Assembly (NCBI RefSeq): GCF_963506605.1
Contig: NC_083277.1
Location: 9,982,001 to 10,046,000, forward strand
DNA length: 64,000 nt
From: Zootoca vivipara
Taxonomy: Eukaryota
Reading direction: 5' to 3'
Position 1 is the stretch's first letter. Each line of letters opens with the position of its first letter. Made by a program: the position numbers and the translations under genes. Under the pieces are notes generated by a model. The model saw nothing but the letters and a program-made list of their open reading frames with translations, did no database searches and was not told the origin of the DNA. Shown piece after piece: positions 48,867 through 62,977 of the stretch.

Positions 48867-51800
48867 ATGGAGACTTTGAGAGTGCAAGTGAACATGTCTG
48901 TGGATGAAGGGGCAGCAAAGGCTCCAGGATTGCAGAAGGGAGAGCAAAACACCCCCACCATTAAATTGTGGACCGATCTGGGGGAAAGAAAAGCCCCACA
49001 GCTTGTATCCATCGAGGGGATTGGAGAATCACAAGCTACGGTCTATCCACGGCAGGTGAAACGTGAACCAGAAGAGGAGCTTCAGGAATGCTGGGAAGCC
49101 CAGTGGCAGGAGTTCCTCAAGACATTGCAGGCCCCTCACTCAGGATGGGGGAATCCGCAGGTATCAGAGGGGCCCTCACCATGGGAGGATGCTAAGGCCT
49201 TCCTGGCCTCCTTTGAGCAAGTAGCCTCAGCCTGCCGGTGGCCTCTGGACAAGTGGATGACCCTCCTCTTGCCAGCCCTCAGCATAGAGGCCCAGCAGGC
49301 TTTCAGCAGCCTCAGTGCCCAGGACAGGGGAGACTACGGGAAGGTAAAGGCGGCCATCTTGCAAGGAGAGTCCACTTTGAGGGAGAAGCAGCGCCAGCAC
49401 TTCAGGCAGCTCTGCTACCAGGAAGTGGAGGGGCCCAGAGGCGTTTACGGCCGGCTGAGGGAACTTTGCCGCCAGTGGCTGAGAGTGGAGAGACACACCA
49501 AGGAGGAGATCTTGGAGCTGCTGATCCTGGAGCAGTTCCTGACCGTCCTGCCCCAGGAAATGGAGAGCTGGGTGAGGGAACAGGGCCCAGAGACTTGTGC
49601 CCAGGCAGTGGTCCTGGCAGAGAATTTCCTGCTACAGCAGCAGAACACGGTGAAACAGGAAGGAGAGGTGAGGGGAGTTAGATGCTGGTCATTCTGGTGG
49701 TCCTGGAATGTGGATTCAGGAGAGAGCTGATGCTTTAACATTTGTATTTTTTGACGGACAACAATTCTGGGGTCCCCTGTTGTCTGAAGTGTGTCACTTT
49801 CCCAGAAAAGACACCCACCATCTCTGATTTTTATGGCTTAGCAAGAGAGGGCAGGAGAGGGATTATTGTGACAAGAGGCAAGAGCAGCAGCAGCTTGCTC
49901 TGCTTTGTGCCACAGTGTCCCACCTAGGAGATGAATGAATCCCAGGCCAGCCCACCTGGCCGTGCCCCTGCAAGGTGTCTCCATGTCTCCTGCCTGGGGT
50001 CCAGAAATCTAGAGCTGAGGAGGAGATGGGAAGTTCTAGCATGTCTGGGAGCACCTTCCCCTGTCCTGAATGGTTTTTCTCACTGATGTTTCAGGGGCTG
50101 TGGCCCTTGGGTGTGGGACTGGCTGTGAATCTCTCCGAGGCAGGCGTGGTCCCACCACCAGAGGCGTGGGAAAGGCAGCCTTTCAAGGAGTTCAAGCAGG
50201 AGCAAGATGAAGAGGCAAGCTTGTTTGGTAAGGATTCATTGTAATCTAATTGCTGAAATGTTAACACGCTGGGGGTGAAGACTCATTCCTGTTTCTGCAG
50301 CAGAGTCCCGGTCTCCAGCACCCTAGAGCTACCTGATGAGCATAAAAAGGGAGCTTTTTAACAACTGACCAGAATTTGGTGGCTTTGTTAATCTGGGCCA
50401 TGACTCAGTGGCAGAACTTCTGCTTTGCATGCAGAATTTCCCAGGTTCAGTTCCCAGCATCGCTACGTACCACAAGCTAGCTGTGCAAGTGTTTGGATTT
50501 AGTTCAGATTAAGGTCACTTCTTGTCTTCTTTTCTGAAATATAAATTGCTTCAATTTAGACTACAGAACCCTTTGTAATAATAGTCCATACATCATTCCC
50601 TTCTTAGTATGCTTTGTTATTGACTCAGTAAATCACATACTTCTTTACTGGCAATTGTGACAATTTACAATTCTTAAATCAATTTTTATTCCATTTATTC
50701 CCCTGTAACCTGTTGTTGTGATTTATATACTTCAATTTATATACAGTACTCCCCTTTATCAAATACCCTAGGGCAGTGTACAACATTAAGAACACATTTT
50801 ACAGAGCATCAGTAATAAAAGCATTATAAAAATGCAATAAAAAGCATAACAACAGACAGCATAATACTAGAATAAACATAATAGCAGTTTCCCCCCACCT
50901 CCTCCTGGTTTAACAGGCCACAGATTATTTAAAGGCCAGATGCTTGGTAAATATGAATAGTTTTTCCTAGTGCCTAAAGACAAATAATGATGTTGCCAGG
51001 TGAGCCTCTCTGGAGAGAGCATTCCACAGTCAGGGAGTCATTATTAAAATGCAATAAACTTATACAAGACGTGTGACTCTGTTTATTCCTGCAGGTGACG
51101 GGCAGGTACATGAGAGCCAACTTGATAATCTTCAGCAGGGTGATTCTGAGGTACCAGCAGACACATCACTGCAAGGAGACGACATCTTCCATTACTGCAA
51201 AGAGAGAAGAAGCCTTGGGAGTCAGGAGGGACTGGAGAGCGAGTGGAGAACCAAACCTGAGAAGTGCTCAGATGAAGCCGTTCCTGTCCATAAAGGTAAC
51301 TTAAATCAGGAGGAAACCGGGGCCCACCCCAAAATCCACCGCTGTCACTGTGGAAAAAGTTTCCGTTGGAGCTCGAATTTCAGGGTCCACGAGAGAATCC
51401 ACACCGGAGAGAAGCCATATAAGTGTGCCGAATGTGGGATGAGTTTCCGTAAATCTGCACAGCTGAAGGCCCACGAGGGAATCCACACTGGGGAGGTGCC
51501 CTTCCGGTGTTCCATGTGCCAGAAGAGTTTTACAAGTGGCTCAAACCTCGTTGCCCACGAGAGGATTCACACGGGAGAGAAACCATACAGGTGTACGCAC
51601 TGCGGGAAAAGTTTCCGCCAGAAAGGCACCCTCACGACACACGAGAAAATCCACATTGGAGAGAAACCTTTCAAATGCTCAATCTGCGGGAAGAATTTCC
51701 GTCAGAAGGGCACGTTGACGACGCACGAAAAGATCCACCTGGGACAGAAGCCATATAAGTGCTCCGAGTGTGGGAAGAACTTCCGGACCTCTGCGGACCT

Positions 51801-52215
51801 GAGGGTCCATGAAAGGATTCACACTGGAGTGAAACCATATCAGTGTGCTGTGTGCCAGAAGAGTTTCACTGACGGCTCAAACCTCATTACCCACGAGCGA
51901 ATCCACACGGGAGTGAAACCATATCGGTGTGGGCGCTGTGGGAAGAGCTTCTGTCAGAAGTCAGGCCTTATGACACACGAACGAGTTCACGCCGGGGTCC
52001 AGCTTTACAAGCGCCCGGCTTGTCGGAAGGGTTTGGCCGGTGGCGCAAGTGGAAGTTTGTGCCAGGAATCGAATCCCGGAGACAAATTGCGTATGAGTGC
52101 TGATTGTGGGGAGGGCTTCAGTGACATAGGGCATGTGAGAAGAGAAGAGCCAAATATCAGAGAACAGCCATATGGGCTATTGGAAAAGAGTTCGGATGGA
52201 GCATCGTCCTTCTGA
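48867..52215 (+). CDS. Extended-SCAN (Gypsy capsid-like) C2H2 zinc-finger protein, about 684 aa, 8 intact fingers
   Basis: Exons 48867-49667, 50095-50227 and 51095-52215 are phase-compatible GT-AG. SCAN: [47 protein letters not shown]. Confidence 0.88.
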
Positions 52216-53475
52216 CACTAGAGAGAATCCACAACGCAGGGAAGCCATTTGTGTCGAGACAGGGGTGGGGAACCTGTGGCCCTGCAGATACTGCTGAACT
52301 ACAAATCCCATCATCCATGCCAACTGGTTGTGATGGGAATTGGAGTCCTGCAACATCCAAAGGACCACAGGTTCCTCACTACTATGTTAAGGCTTTGTTA
52401 AAGGGTTAAGTCAGCCTTCCTAACCCAGCACCCTATAGATTAAACTCCATTCAGCCCCAGCAGCCATGGGCAAGAGTTGGGGATGATGGGAGTTGTTATT
52501 CAAGAACTTCTAGAGGGCACCAGGCTGTGGAAGCCTGGCCAGTAAGGCAGGATGTGGCCATTTAGATGGTGCTAGGCTACAGACTTCCCTCTGCCCCAGC
52601 CAATAGTCAGAGGTGGCCTGGAGAGCCCCCAGGTTAACACGTTCCTGCCACAAGTATTTGGAGCTTGGCTATGAGATAAGTTGCATCAGTGCTCTGACTT
52701 TGGAAGAAGCTCCCAATGGACAGCTGATGCTGAGGAAGCCTGAAGATGAGTACCTGATCTTCATAAAACTCACATTGAATCCCCAAAGATTTGGAGCCCT
52801 TAAACCCACACGGAGTGGGCCTGCTTTAGTCAGACTACAGAATTTGCTGAATGTTTACACAAGAGAGGAACTTTTCTATTGAAGAAAGTGACTAAAGTTC
52901 ACTAAAGTGAGAGGCTTGCATGCTACCGGTAGTGATAGGACAATGTACTTTTGGTAGGACTGGGAAGAAGTGTTGACTGTATGTAACTAACATTTTCAAG
53001 TTTCCAGTTCATGTGTCTTAATAGGGAATTGTGTGCAATGAACTTCCTTCTGCCTGTCTTGGCTTGTGGGGTGGGGGGTGGGGAGGATCCCTTCCACCAG
53101 GAGCCCATGCAGGTGGTAGGAGCCGGAGACTGGACCTGAATTGGGAACATTACCCATGGATGCTGGCCAGTTAAGGCAAATGGGGCCCACCAGCCTCAGT
53201 TTGCCCTCAACCAGCCGTCACCAACCCACCTTCCTTATTACAGCCAGTCCAGTGGATAGGCCTGGCTGTCAGCTCCCTCCTCCTTAGTTTCAGTGTTGTG
53301 AATATGGAACTCAGCAAGGAGGACAAAGCAAAGCTTGAATTAATTGGCTGGTCCAGATATTGGCTCTGGTGCCACCTAGTGTTGGGCTCGCTGCTTCCTG
53401 CCCCACCAGTCCCAATGAATGTGACCCACTACCAACCAATATTTAAAAACTTTTTTCCATAACCTGTTTGGATTT

Positions 53476-54310
53476 AGGGGTGAGAGCTCCTGTTGTTTGG
53501 TCCTTGCTCCTGCCAACCTAGCAGTTCGAAAGCACGTCAAAGTGCAAGTAGATAAACAGCGGGAAGGTAAACGGTGTTTCCGTGCGCTGCTCTGGTTTGC
53601 CAGAAGCGGCTTAGTCATGCTGGCCACATGACCCGGAAGCCAGTAAAGCGAGATGAGCGCTGCAACCCCAGAGTTGTCCGCGACTGGACCTAATGGTCAG
53701 GGGTCCCTTTACCTTTACCTTTACTGAGGTGGCAAATTTCGCTGATGGCACCAAATTGTTTAGGGTGATTAAAAACAGAAAAGGACTGTGAAGAGCTTGA
53801 AAATTATTGATCCAAATTGGTATCAGTTTACACTGATGGGATCTGAGCTGTCAATGACTGGCAAGGAATGGGACCTTGGGGTCGTGGTGGAAAGTGCAAC
53901 GGAAATGCCAAAAGAGAGTGGGGGAAAAAAAGCAAATTCTATGCTAGGATTCATTAGGAAAGGAACTGAAAATAAAATTGCCAATGTTGTTATACAAATC
54001 TATGATGGAAACGGTTCAGAAAAGCGAAACCAAAGTGATCAAGGGGGTGGAGCAAGTCCCTTATGAGGATAGGTTATGATGTTTGGGTCTTTTTAGTTTA
54101 GAAAAAAGGCCCTGGGGGAGCGCAATAGAGGTATATAAAATTATGCACATAGTGAATAGAGAGAAGTTATCTCCCTCTCTCGTAATATGAGAACACGTAG
54201 CCATCCAAAGAAGCTGAATGTTGGAAGATTCAGGAGTGGCAAATGGGTTAAGTTCTTCACCAACTTGGACTGCTTTAAAAGGTGGGTTGAATTCATGGAG
54301 GATAAGCCTG
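53476..54310 (+). mobile_element. 5'-truncated Sauria SINE (53476-53724) abutting an older decayed CR1 fragment
   Basis: Sauria body and tail, then CR1 RT-like (K)FADGTKL...DLGVVV...KKANSMLGFIRKG. Confidence 0.7.
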
Positions 54311-56109
54311 TAAACAGTGATGATGGCTGTTTGGTACCTCTAAAATCTGAGACAGTATATGTCAGTGAGTACCTGTTGCCAAGGGAACAAGAGTGAGAGG
54401 TGCCTGATTGGCCACTGTGGGAAATAGAATGTTGGGCTATACCAGGCACCCCCAAACTTCGGCCCTCCAGATGTTTTGGACTAGAAAATTTACTGAAGCA
54501 CTCTTGTTGCCTCTGATTTTTAAGGACAACCTGACAGAGGCAAACAAAGTGTCCCTCAGGGCTATTTCTTATGGGGCAAACCTGTGTCAGTTTGTTTATT
54601 TTTGAAATTTCTATACTACCCTTCATCAAAAGCCCATTGGATAGTGTTTTGGGTTTACACCCACACCTACACCCACACACCACACATTCCTAAAATGATT
54701 TATAAGTCATATGAAATTACAATAAGAGCTGTAAAAACATCAATAAATACTGGTTGGTGAAAATTGCAATGCTTTGTCTGAATAACACTGCTTTTAGGCA
54801 ATGTCTCAGAGAAGACAAAATGATTCCTGCCTTTTTCTTAATGATGACACGGACCATTCATAACATGAGAATATTCTTCACAACTGTGGGCAGGGCAGCG
54901 GGGTGGAGTAAATGAAGACAAACTACAACAACTAACTATAATATTGTTTACTGCTCCTGTGCAGGTTGCACAGATAAAAAATAATGAAAATCATTCTGAT
55001 TGTTCAGATAGACTATATCTGATAGAATTCTACAGGATGTGGCATTAGTGTGTGAAAACTGAAGATCCAAAGGAAATGAAATACAGAAAAGTGCACAGAT
55101 TGTTAGGCCATTCACAGCAGCAATCCAAAAACAAAACTTGTTCCAAGTTCACATAGCTAAGATGCAGCAGCAATGTGCTTTTTGAAACAACCAATAGAAA
55201 AGGGTTCAGCCCAACGCCTCCACCCAGAAAGCAGTTGAAGAGTTAAAGCCATAGAATTCCACTTGGATTCCTAGCAAGGCCTGGGAAACTGAGAAATCTG
55301 ACACCACTGCAAACCCCAAAGGGCTACAGTTTTTATGGTTCTCCAGCAACATTTCTGACTCACAGTTGCAGTTGGTAGAAGAGCAGGACGAAATTACCTA
55401 GGAATTAAGGTGTTCTTTTCTATAAAGGTCCAATAGAGCAGGCAGTTTGAAATGAGCACGCCATCTGCAGGGGGGGGGAGTACAACACAAACTTGGCAAG
55501 GCTGATTCTACCCTCCAAACCCCTCTTATTTCTGGCATATTATTTGGAGTGAAGAGTTACACAAGAAACTCTTGTAGGGAAAAGCTCTGTCGGATTTGAC
55601 CTTTTCTGCTTGTTCTTCCCACGCCCAACAGGAATTGGGGGTAAAAATAATTTGGTGTATGCCTAAGAAAAATCCTGGTTGGATCAGCAGGACATAAGCC
55701 ACCCTAGTCCAGCACCCTGTTCTCACGGTGGCCAGCCAGATATTGCACTGGGAAGCCTGGACGTGAGCCCAACAACCAAACTCTCCCTCCCTGTGATTTC
55801 CAGCAACTGATATTCAGAGGCAGAACAGAGCCCTCCCAAGCTAGTAGCCATGGCAATAGTGGATGGTGCTCCCTGGGGAAGAAGGCAGGGGGCCAAAACA
55901 GCAGCCAAAGCCGCTGACAGGCAGAGGCAACTAATTCTAGTTTTGTCCCTGGTCCTCTTCTCTGGTGAGCTGCACAAGTGCAATACTGACACTGAGACTG
56001 AACGGCAGGACCAACCCCTGGACCAGTTATGAATTAAGAAGGCAGGCAGGTAAGGACTGGCAGACCAAGACCATTCTCCCCAGTGGATTTTATTTTTATA
56101 TATTTTTTA

Positions 56110-56338
56110 TATTTACTGCATTGATATCCCACCTTTTTCTCCAAGGAGCTCAAGGAGGGGGGCACCCCATGGTTCTCCCCCTCCTCATTTGATCCCCACA
56201 ACGACCCTGTGAGGTAGGTTCAGCTGAGAGAAGGCAGTGGCTGGCCTAAGGTCTCTCAGTCAGCTTCAGTGGGGATTTGAACCCTGGTCTCCGAAGGTCC
56301 TAGTCTGACACTCTAACCACTGCGCAACACTTGGCTCT
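56110..56338 (-). mobile_element. Squam3-like tRNA-derived SINE
   Basis: Reverse-strand tRNA head and similarity to 17236-17450. Confidence 0.65.
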
Positions 56339-58987
56339 CTGATATCGCTATTTCTTTTTTTCTTTTTTTTAAGATAATGAGGTGGTTTGCAACAAAGACT
56401 CACAAAACCATACAGTGAAAACCATGGGGATAAAATGAAAGCAGAAATCAATTAATCATTGTGGAAAAATGCATTCTTATCTGCCTGCACAGCAGGCCTG
56501 GCGGAGTAGAAAAATTTTCAGCAACGCATTTACAAGCTGAAACTTTCAAAGTTGTCTCAGCACTATGTGATTCTATATGCTTTAGTGGAGACCCTTGCAT
56601 TGTGTGGGGGGGTTGGACTAGATGACCCTTAGGGAGCCCCTTCCAACTCCATGTTTCTATCATCCCTTTTGGAGCTGTCCAAGTTGGTGACCACATGGCG
56701 TGGGTGTGAATGCCACTGTGCTGTTTCTTTAGCCTGTCCCGAAAGACTTTTTCACCCTTCCTGCCTGATTTATTTTGAAAAACAAAAACAAAAACTGCAG
56801 CCAAGGATGCCCTGCACTTTTCCTCAGATGAAGAAGTCCAAGGAGAACCGGAAATGAAGGCTCTTGCTTTGGGGCTTTTTTTTTTAAAAAAAAGGCTTGT
56901 TTCCTTTCAAGCACCTATCTCTTTGTGGTAAACAAAGGGCATCCACTTCCTGCCCCCTCCCCTCTTGCTCCCCTCTGGAGGGAAACTGGCTTTTGAATAT
57001 CTTCTTGCTGCAGAGAACAGGCTGCCAAGCCAGGAGAGAAGTGCCAAGGCTGCAAGGGAGAGGTGAGTGAAAATGGCCGGGGTGGGGTTGGGGACGGGAC
57101 CTTAAAAGAAGGGAAGGGGGCAGGAAGAAGCTGCAGTTGGATAGAAAATGCAGAATTGCAGGAAGAGCAATGAAACTACATACTGCTGCAATCCCAGATC
57201 CTGGGAGAAAAAACAGGGCAGCAGCAACAAGATTCAACCTCTCTCCCAAATCAAACCAGTTCCAAACAGCCTGCTAAAGAGCGATGCAGGGAAGCTGTGG
57301 TCCTCCGGATGTTGTTGGACTACAACTCCCATCATTCCTCACTACAGTATTAGTTGTGCTGGCTGGGGCTGATGGGAGTTGGAGTCCTAATAGCCTTTGG
57401 AGGGATCCAGAGGTTCCGCGCCACCAAATCCCTGCTGCAAAGTGCATGCTAGTGCAGAAGTGGAAAGATGTCACAAAGGTACACACTAAATCATAGAATC
57501 ACAGAATTCTTGAGATGGAAGGGATCCCGAGGGTCATCTAGTCCAACCCCCTGCAAAGCAATAATTCTGTGCTCAGTTGTTCCCTGGGTGGGCTCAAACC
57601 AGCATCTTTCTGGAAGCTAGCATAAGGTTGCCAGGCGTTGCACAGATTCTGTCGCTGTGCCTGTGAACAGCAGCTTCAGCCTCAAATATTAGCGCACGGT
57701 GGTACCACACCACTTGCAACGTTTAACTACACAGGAGCAGGTAGTTGTTTTTTCTCCCACTGGTCAGTTGGCAAGCCTGAGTTGCCACCTTTTCTTCAGC
57801 TTTCCTGACTGGGCTCCTCTGCTTGCCACCAACCTTAGACATTAGAGTGAAGTTTTGCACTGAAAGAGAAATCTATTATTTGAGGGAATGCCTGTTTCTT
57901 CCTTGAGAGGTGATGTGGTCCCCTTAACGGGAGGTATTTAATAGCAACTGCCTGTTGGGGAGAGACTGTGCTGAGGTTGCATTTTATGTCTTTTACTAAT
58001 CAGGGAGGTTAGACTAGATGAGAGGAAGATCTTTTCCGTCTCTGTGGCTCCATTCACATCATACATTTTAAAATAGGATTATACCACTTTAAACTATCAT
58101 TTTTTTCTGCCAAAGAATCCTGGGAACTGTAGTTTCTAAAGGGTGCTGAGAGTTGCCCCCTATTCCTCTCACAGGGCTACAGTTCCATATTAGTATAAAC
58201 AGGCCCTCTTCTCGGAAAAATCTGGGAATTGTAGCTCTGTCAGGGAAATGAATTGTGTTATCTGCAGTTCATATCGTTACCAGTGATGAGTAAATTTTGC
58301 ATTGTTTAAGAATAAATAATAATCCATGTTAGAGTTTATTTCCTCTGAAACACAGTCGTACCTCAAATTTATATTTAACCTCTGCAAGTTGCTCATACCA
58401 TAACATACAATGGAAAGTGTGTCACAGTTCCATTGATTTATTTGCCCATCCTTCATCCTCCTCGATCAGTTCTGGGGCTACTTATATTAACCTGTCTTTG
58501 CAGACAGTTGTAGGGATTCCTGAAATAATGGATAAGAATCATTTTGAAATTCTGTCAATCTTGATTTGACTTCAAATGTGTGGAACACACTTTTCCAACA
58601 ACAGTGTTGAGCTCGACGCACCTTGCAACAGTAATAAAGCATTTGAAAATGATGGGTAAATAACATTATAAGAAAGGAGCTGTCTCTTAGGACAGTAGTG
58701 TTTAGTGGGTCTTGCCTGTTCTGTTCATAGCTCATTCTAAGCTTATCAGGAAGGTCCAGACACTTTGTGAGGGCAGGTTCCCAACTAAATATTCACATAA
58801 ATCTTGTTCCCTTTCAGGAGAAGCCTGCAGCACTTCATCGGAGAGACCACAACACCCTGCAACTTATAGTTTCCTAGAAGACTGTAATATAGCAAGAGAT
58901 TCATGGACTGACTGTGAGGAGTGATTTAAAGAAAGCCCAGCAGAGGCTGGATGTTCTTCCTGACAGTTCCTGACATTGAACAGTTCA

Positions 58988-61900
58988 ATGGAGACCTTGA
59001 GAGTGGAGGTGAACATGTCTGTGGATGAAGGGGCAGCAAAGACCCCAGGATTGCAGAAGGGAGAGCAAAACACCCCCAACGTCAAATTGTGGACAGATCT
59101 GGGAGGAAGGAAAGCCCCACAGCTTGTGTGCATCAAGGGGATTGGAGAATCACAAGCTACGGTCTATCCACGGCAGGTGAAACGTGAACCAGAAGAGGAG
59201 CTTCAGGAATGCTGGGAAGCCCAGTGGCAGGAGTTCCTCAAGACATTGCAGGCCCCTCACTCAGGATGGGGGAATCCTCAGGTATCAGAGGGGCCCTCAG
59301 CATGGGAGGATCCTAAGGCCTTCCTGGCCTCCTTTGAGCAAGTAGCCTCAGCCTGCCGGTGGCCTCTGGACAAGTGGGTGACCCTCCTCTTGCCAGCCCT
59401 CAGCATAGAGGCTCAGCAGGCTTTCTACAGCCTCAGTGCCCAGGACAGGGGAGACTACGGGAAGGTGAAGGCGGCCATCTTGCAAGGGGACTCCACTTTG
59501 AGGGAGAAGCAGCGCCAGCACTTCAGGCAGTTCTGCTACCAGGAAGTGGAGGGGCCCAGAGGCGTTTACGGCCGGCTGAGGGAACTTTGCCGCCAGTGGC
59601 TGAGAGTGGAGAGACACACCAAGGAGGAGATCTTGGAGCTGCTGATCCTGGAGCAGTTCCTGACCGTCCTGCCCCAGGAAATGGAGAGCTGGGTGAGGGA
59701 ACAGGGCCCAGAGACTTGTGCCCAGGCAGTGGTCCTGGCAGAGAATTTCCTGCTACAGCAGCAGAACACGGTGAAACAGGAAGGAGAGGTGAGGGGTGTT
59801 CAATGCTGGTCGTTCTGGTGGTCCTGGAAGGTGGATTCAGGAGAGAGTGACCGCCCCGATTTTGCATTACTTGATTGGTGCCAATCCAGTTACTACAATT
59901 AGATAAATGGCATTGGAGTTGAAGAGACGCTGTTGCCACAAGCATTTTAGATCAGATTTTTGCATCTAGCTTTCTGGGGTTATGGTGGTCAGCTGAGATA
60001 AAGCTCCTCTATGGAAACAGGAATACAGGAATATACCAAGTCAGGCTCAGTACTGCTGACAAGTGACTGGCAGCAGCTGTAGAGAGGACCCTCCTGCATG
60101 TTATATACCACTTTAAACAGCCATGGCTTCCCCCCAAGAATAGTGTAGTTTGTTAAGGATGCTGAGAGTTGTTAGGAGACTCCCTATTCCCCTCACAGAG
60201 CTACAATTCCCAGAGTTCCCTGGGAAGGGGGACTGGTAGTTAAACCACTCTGGGAATGGTTTAATTTTGTGGGGAATAGGGGGTCTCCTAACAACATTCT
60301 CTATTACCTGTAGTTTCTCGACCAAGTGCAAGGGAACCCTGTACTGAGTGGATTTTTTGAGGAGAAACCAAATATCTGCCTCTATTGGAGCACTAATGCC
60401 TTGATTTTTCTTTAATTGCAGCTTCAGATGTCTCGGCCTCAGGGGACCATAACGGCTGTGGATTCCTCTGAGGCCAGCCAGGTCTTGCCCTTGGACAAGG
60501 CCACTGAACAGGCAAGAAAAGGAGGTAAGGACACAAGGGATAGGACTCAGGCTGCATCAGAATGATGGAAAATTGATTGGGTTGTTGTATCTAAGGAAGT
60601 CATCCTGTTAGCGCAAGGACTTTGACCTGTGCCACGGAACTTCATCTCAACTCGCTTGAGTTGAGAAGGCCTGGGGGAGGGATAGAAAAATGGGGGGGGC
60701 GGCGGTTTTGCTTTAATTTTAAATGTGAAGGGCACCACATTCTGCTTATTCTTGCAGTTGATGGGCAAATGCGCGAGAACAAGATGAAGGAGCCTCATCA
60801 CGGATGTTCTGTGCAGGCGGCACCAGAAAAGCGCTCCTTGGAAAGAGGCGGTATATTCCAGTATCACAACGAGGCCGCAAGTCTCCAGGTTCTGCAAGAG
60901 TCGGAAAAGGAGCAGGGAAAGGATGCGACAAAGAGTTTTGCCGAAACCCTTTCATGTTGGGAAGGGGGCTCTCGGAAGCAAGTGGCCATAACCCAGAATA
61001 ACACCCTGCATGGCAAGGGAGAAAAGGCCCAGAGTGACCTCAGAGGAGACTCCAGGTGGGGCTCAGACATTCGGATAATCCATCTGGTTGAGAAACCACG
61101 GCAATTGCAGTACCAAGTGGAAACCTTTGGTGAAAGCTCAACCCTTGTGGCCAACGAGAGGAGCCCCCAGGGAGAGAAGCCGCATAAGTGTACCAACTGT
61201 GGGAGGAGCTTCTGTCAGAGTGCAAGCCTTGCGGCACACGAGAGAATCCACACAGGTGAGAAAATGGGTCAGTGACAGGCTGTAAGCTGCATTCGCTGGG
61301 CAGGAGAACTCCATGGGTGCTTGAGCACATGGGGGGCTGAATTGAAGGAAGTCCCCATTGCCACCCCCCTGGCAGATCCAGTTAAAAGGATCTGGTTTTT
61401 TTCCCCTGTCCCTGAAACCCATCCTTAACTGCACGGCCACAGGAATAGTTAATATAGGGCTAAGGTAAACGAGTAAAAAGTGGCTTAGCAGATGTAAATC
61501 AATGGCTGGGTACAGACTGACCCATTTGCAAGGCTAAAATGTAGTTTTTCTCATTCCAGAGTCATTCATGCTCGTCCTCAGCATGCAGATGGAACAGGTG
61601 ATTGCAATCTTGGTATACAGTACATCCATGGCTGCTATTTTTTAATTATTTTTTAAAATTTATTGGTTGGTTTGTTAACCTAGGTAACTCAAAGTGAATT
61701 ACAATATATAAGAAGGCAAACACGTACATTGAAATGAGCATAAAAGAAAAAACAAAACAAAAGACAATCTAAAAGACAACCCTGTTCCTGGTGCCTAAAG
61801 CTATGTAATGATGGCGCCAGACAAGCCTCCCTGGGGAGAGCATTCCACAAGTGGGGAGCCACCACCGAGAAGGCCCATTCTCATGTTGCCACCCTCCAGA

Positions 61901-62930
61901 CCTCCTGAGGAGGGGGCACACAAAGGTCACGGTGATTCTTTCTCTTGCTCTGTTGTTGCTTTTCTTGTCTTGTAAGATCCCTTTGGGCACACTTCTGTGG
62001 AAAAGCAGCATGCAAATTTAGTGGGTCTCCTCTAGGTACGACTAGTATTTGATGCAACACGATGTCTTCTTGTCTTGGTAGCTGCCTCCGGATAGGACTA
62101 GAATTAGATACAAACAAATAATTAAAATAATGTGGGGAACCAGTGAAGATACAGATTTTTCCTTCTTTGGGGCAGATAACCTATTTGCTTTAGCTGAGAT
62201 TCCTGCATTGCAGGGGGTTGGACTAGATGACCCATGGGGTTCCTTCCAATTCCACCATTCTGTGATTCCATGTTTAAATTCGAGGAAAAGGACAGAGATT
62301 TCCAGCTGTTGGGAACTCTTAGCCAAAGCAAGGACAGCCCGCGGACTGTCTCGCCAGAGTGGTGCATGCTCTAGTTATCTCTCGCTTGGACTACTGCAAT
62401 GCGCTCTACGTGGGGCTACCTTTGAAGGTGACCCGGAAACTACAACTAACCCAGAATGCGGCAGCTAGACTGGTGACTGGGAGCGGCCGCCGAGACTACA
62501 TAACACCGGTCCTGAAAGACCTACATTGGCTCCCAGTACGTTTCCGAGCACAGTTCAAAGTGTTGGTGTTGACCTTTAAAGCCCTAAACGGCCTCGGTCC
62601 AGTATACCTGAAGGAGCGTCTCCACCCCCATCGTTCTGCCAGGACACTGAGGTCCAGCGCCGAGGGTCTTCTGGCGGTTCCCTCGCTACGAGAAGCCAAG
62701 TTACAGGGAACCAGGCAGAGGGCCTTCTCAGTAGTGGCACCCACCCTGTGGAATGCCCTCCCACCAGAAGTCAAAGAGAACAACAATTACCAGACCTTTA
62801 GAAGGCATCTCAAGGCAGCCCTGTTTAGGGGAAGCTTTTGATGTTTGATGGATTTCTGTATTTTAATGTTTTGTTGGAAGCCGCCCAGAGTGGCTGGGGG
62901 AACCCGGCCAGATGGGCGGGGTATAAATAA

Positions 62931-62977
<47 letters not shown>

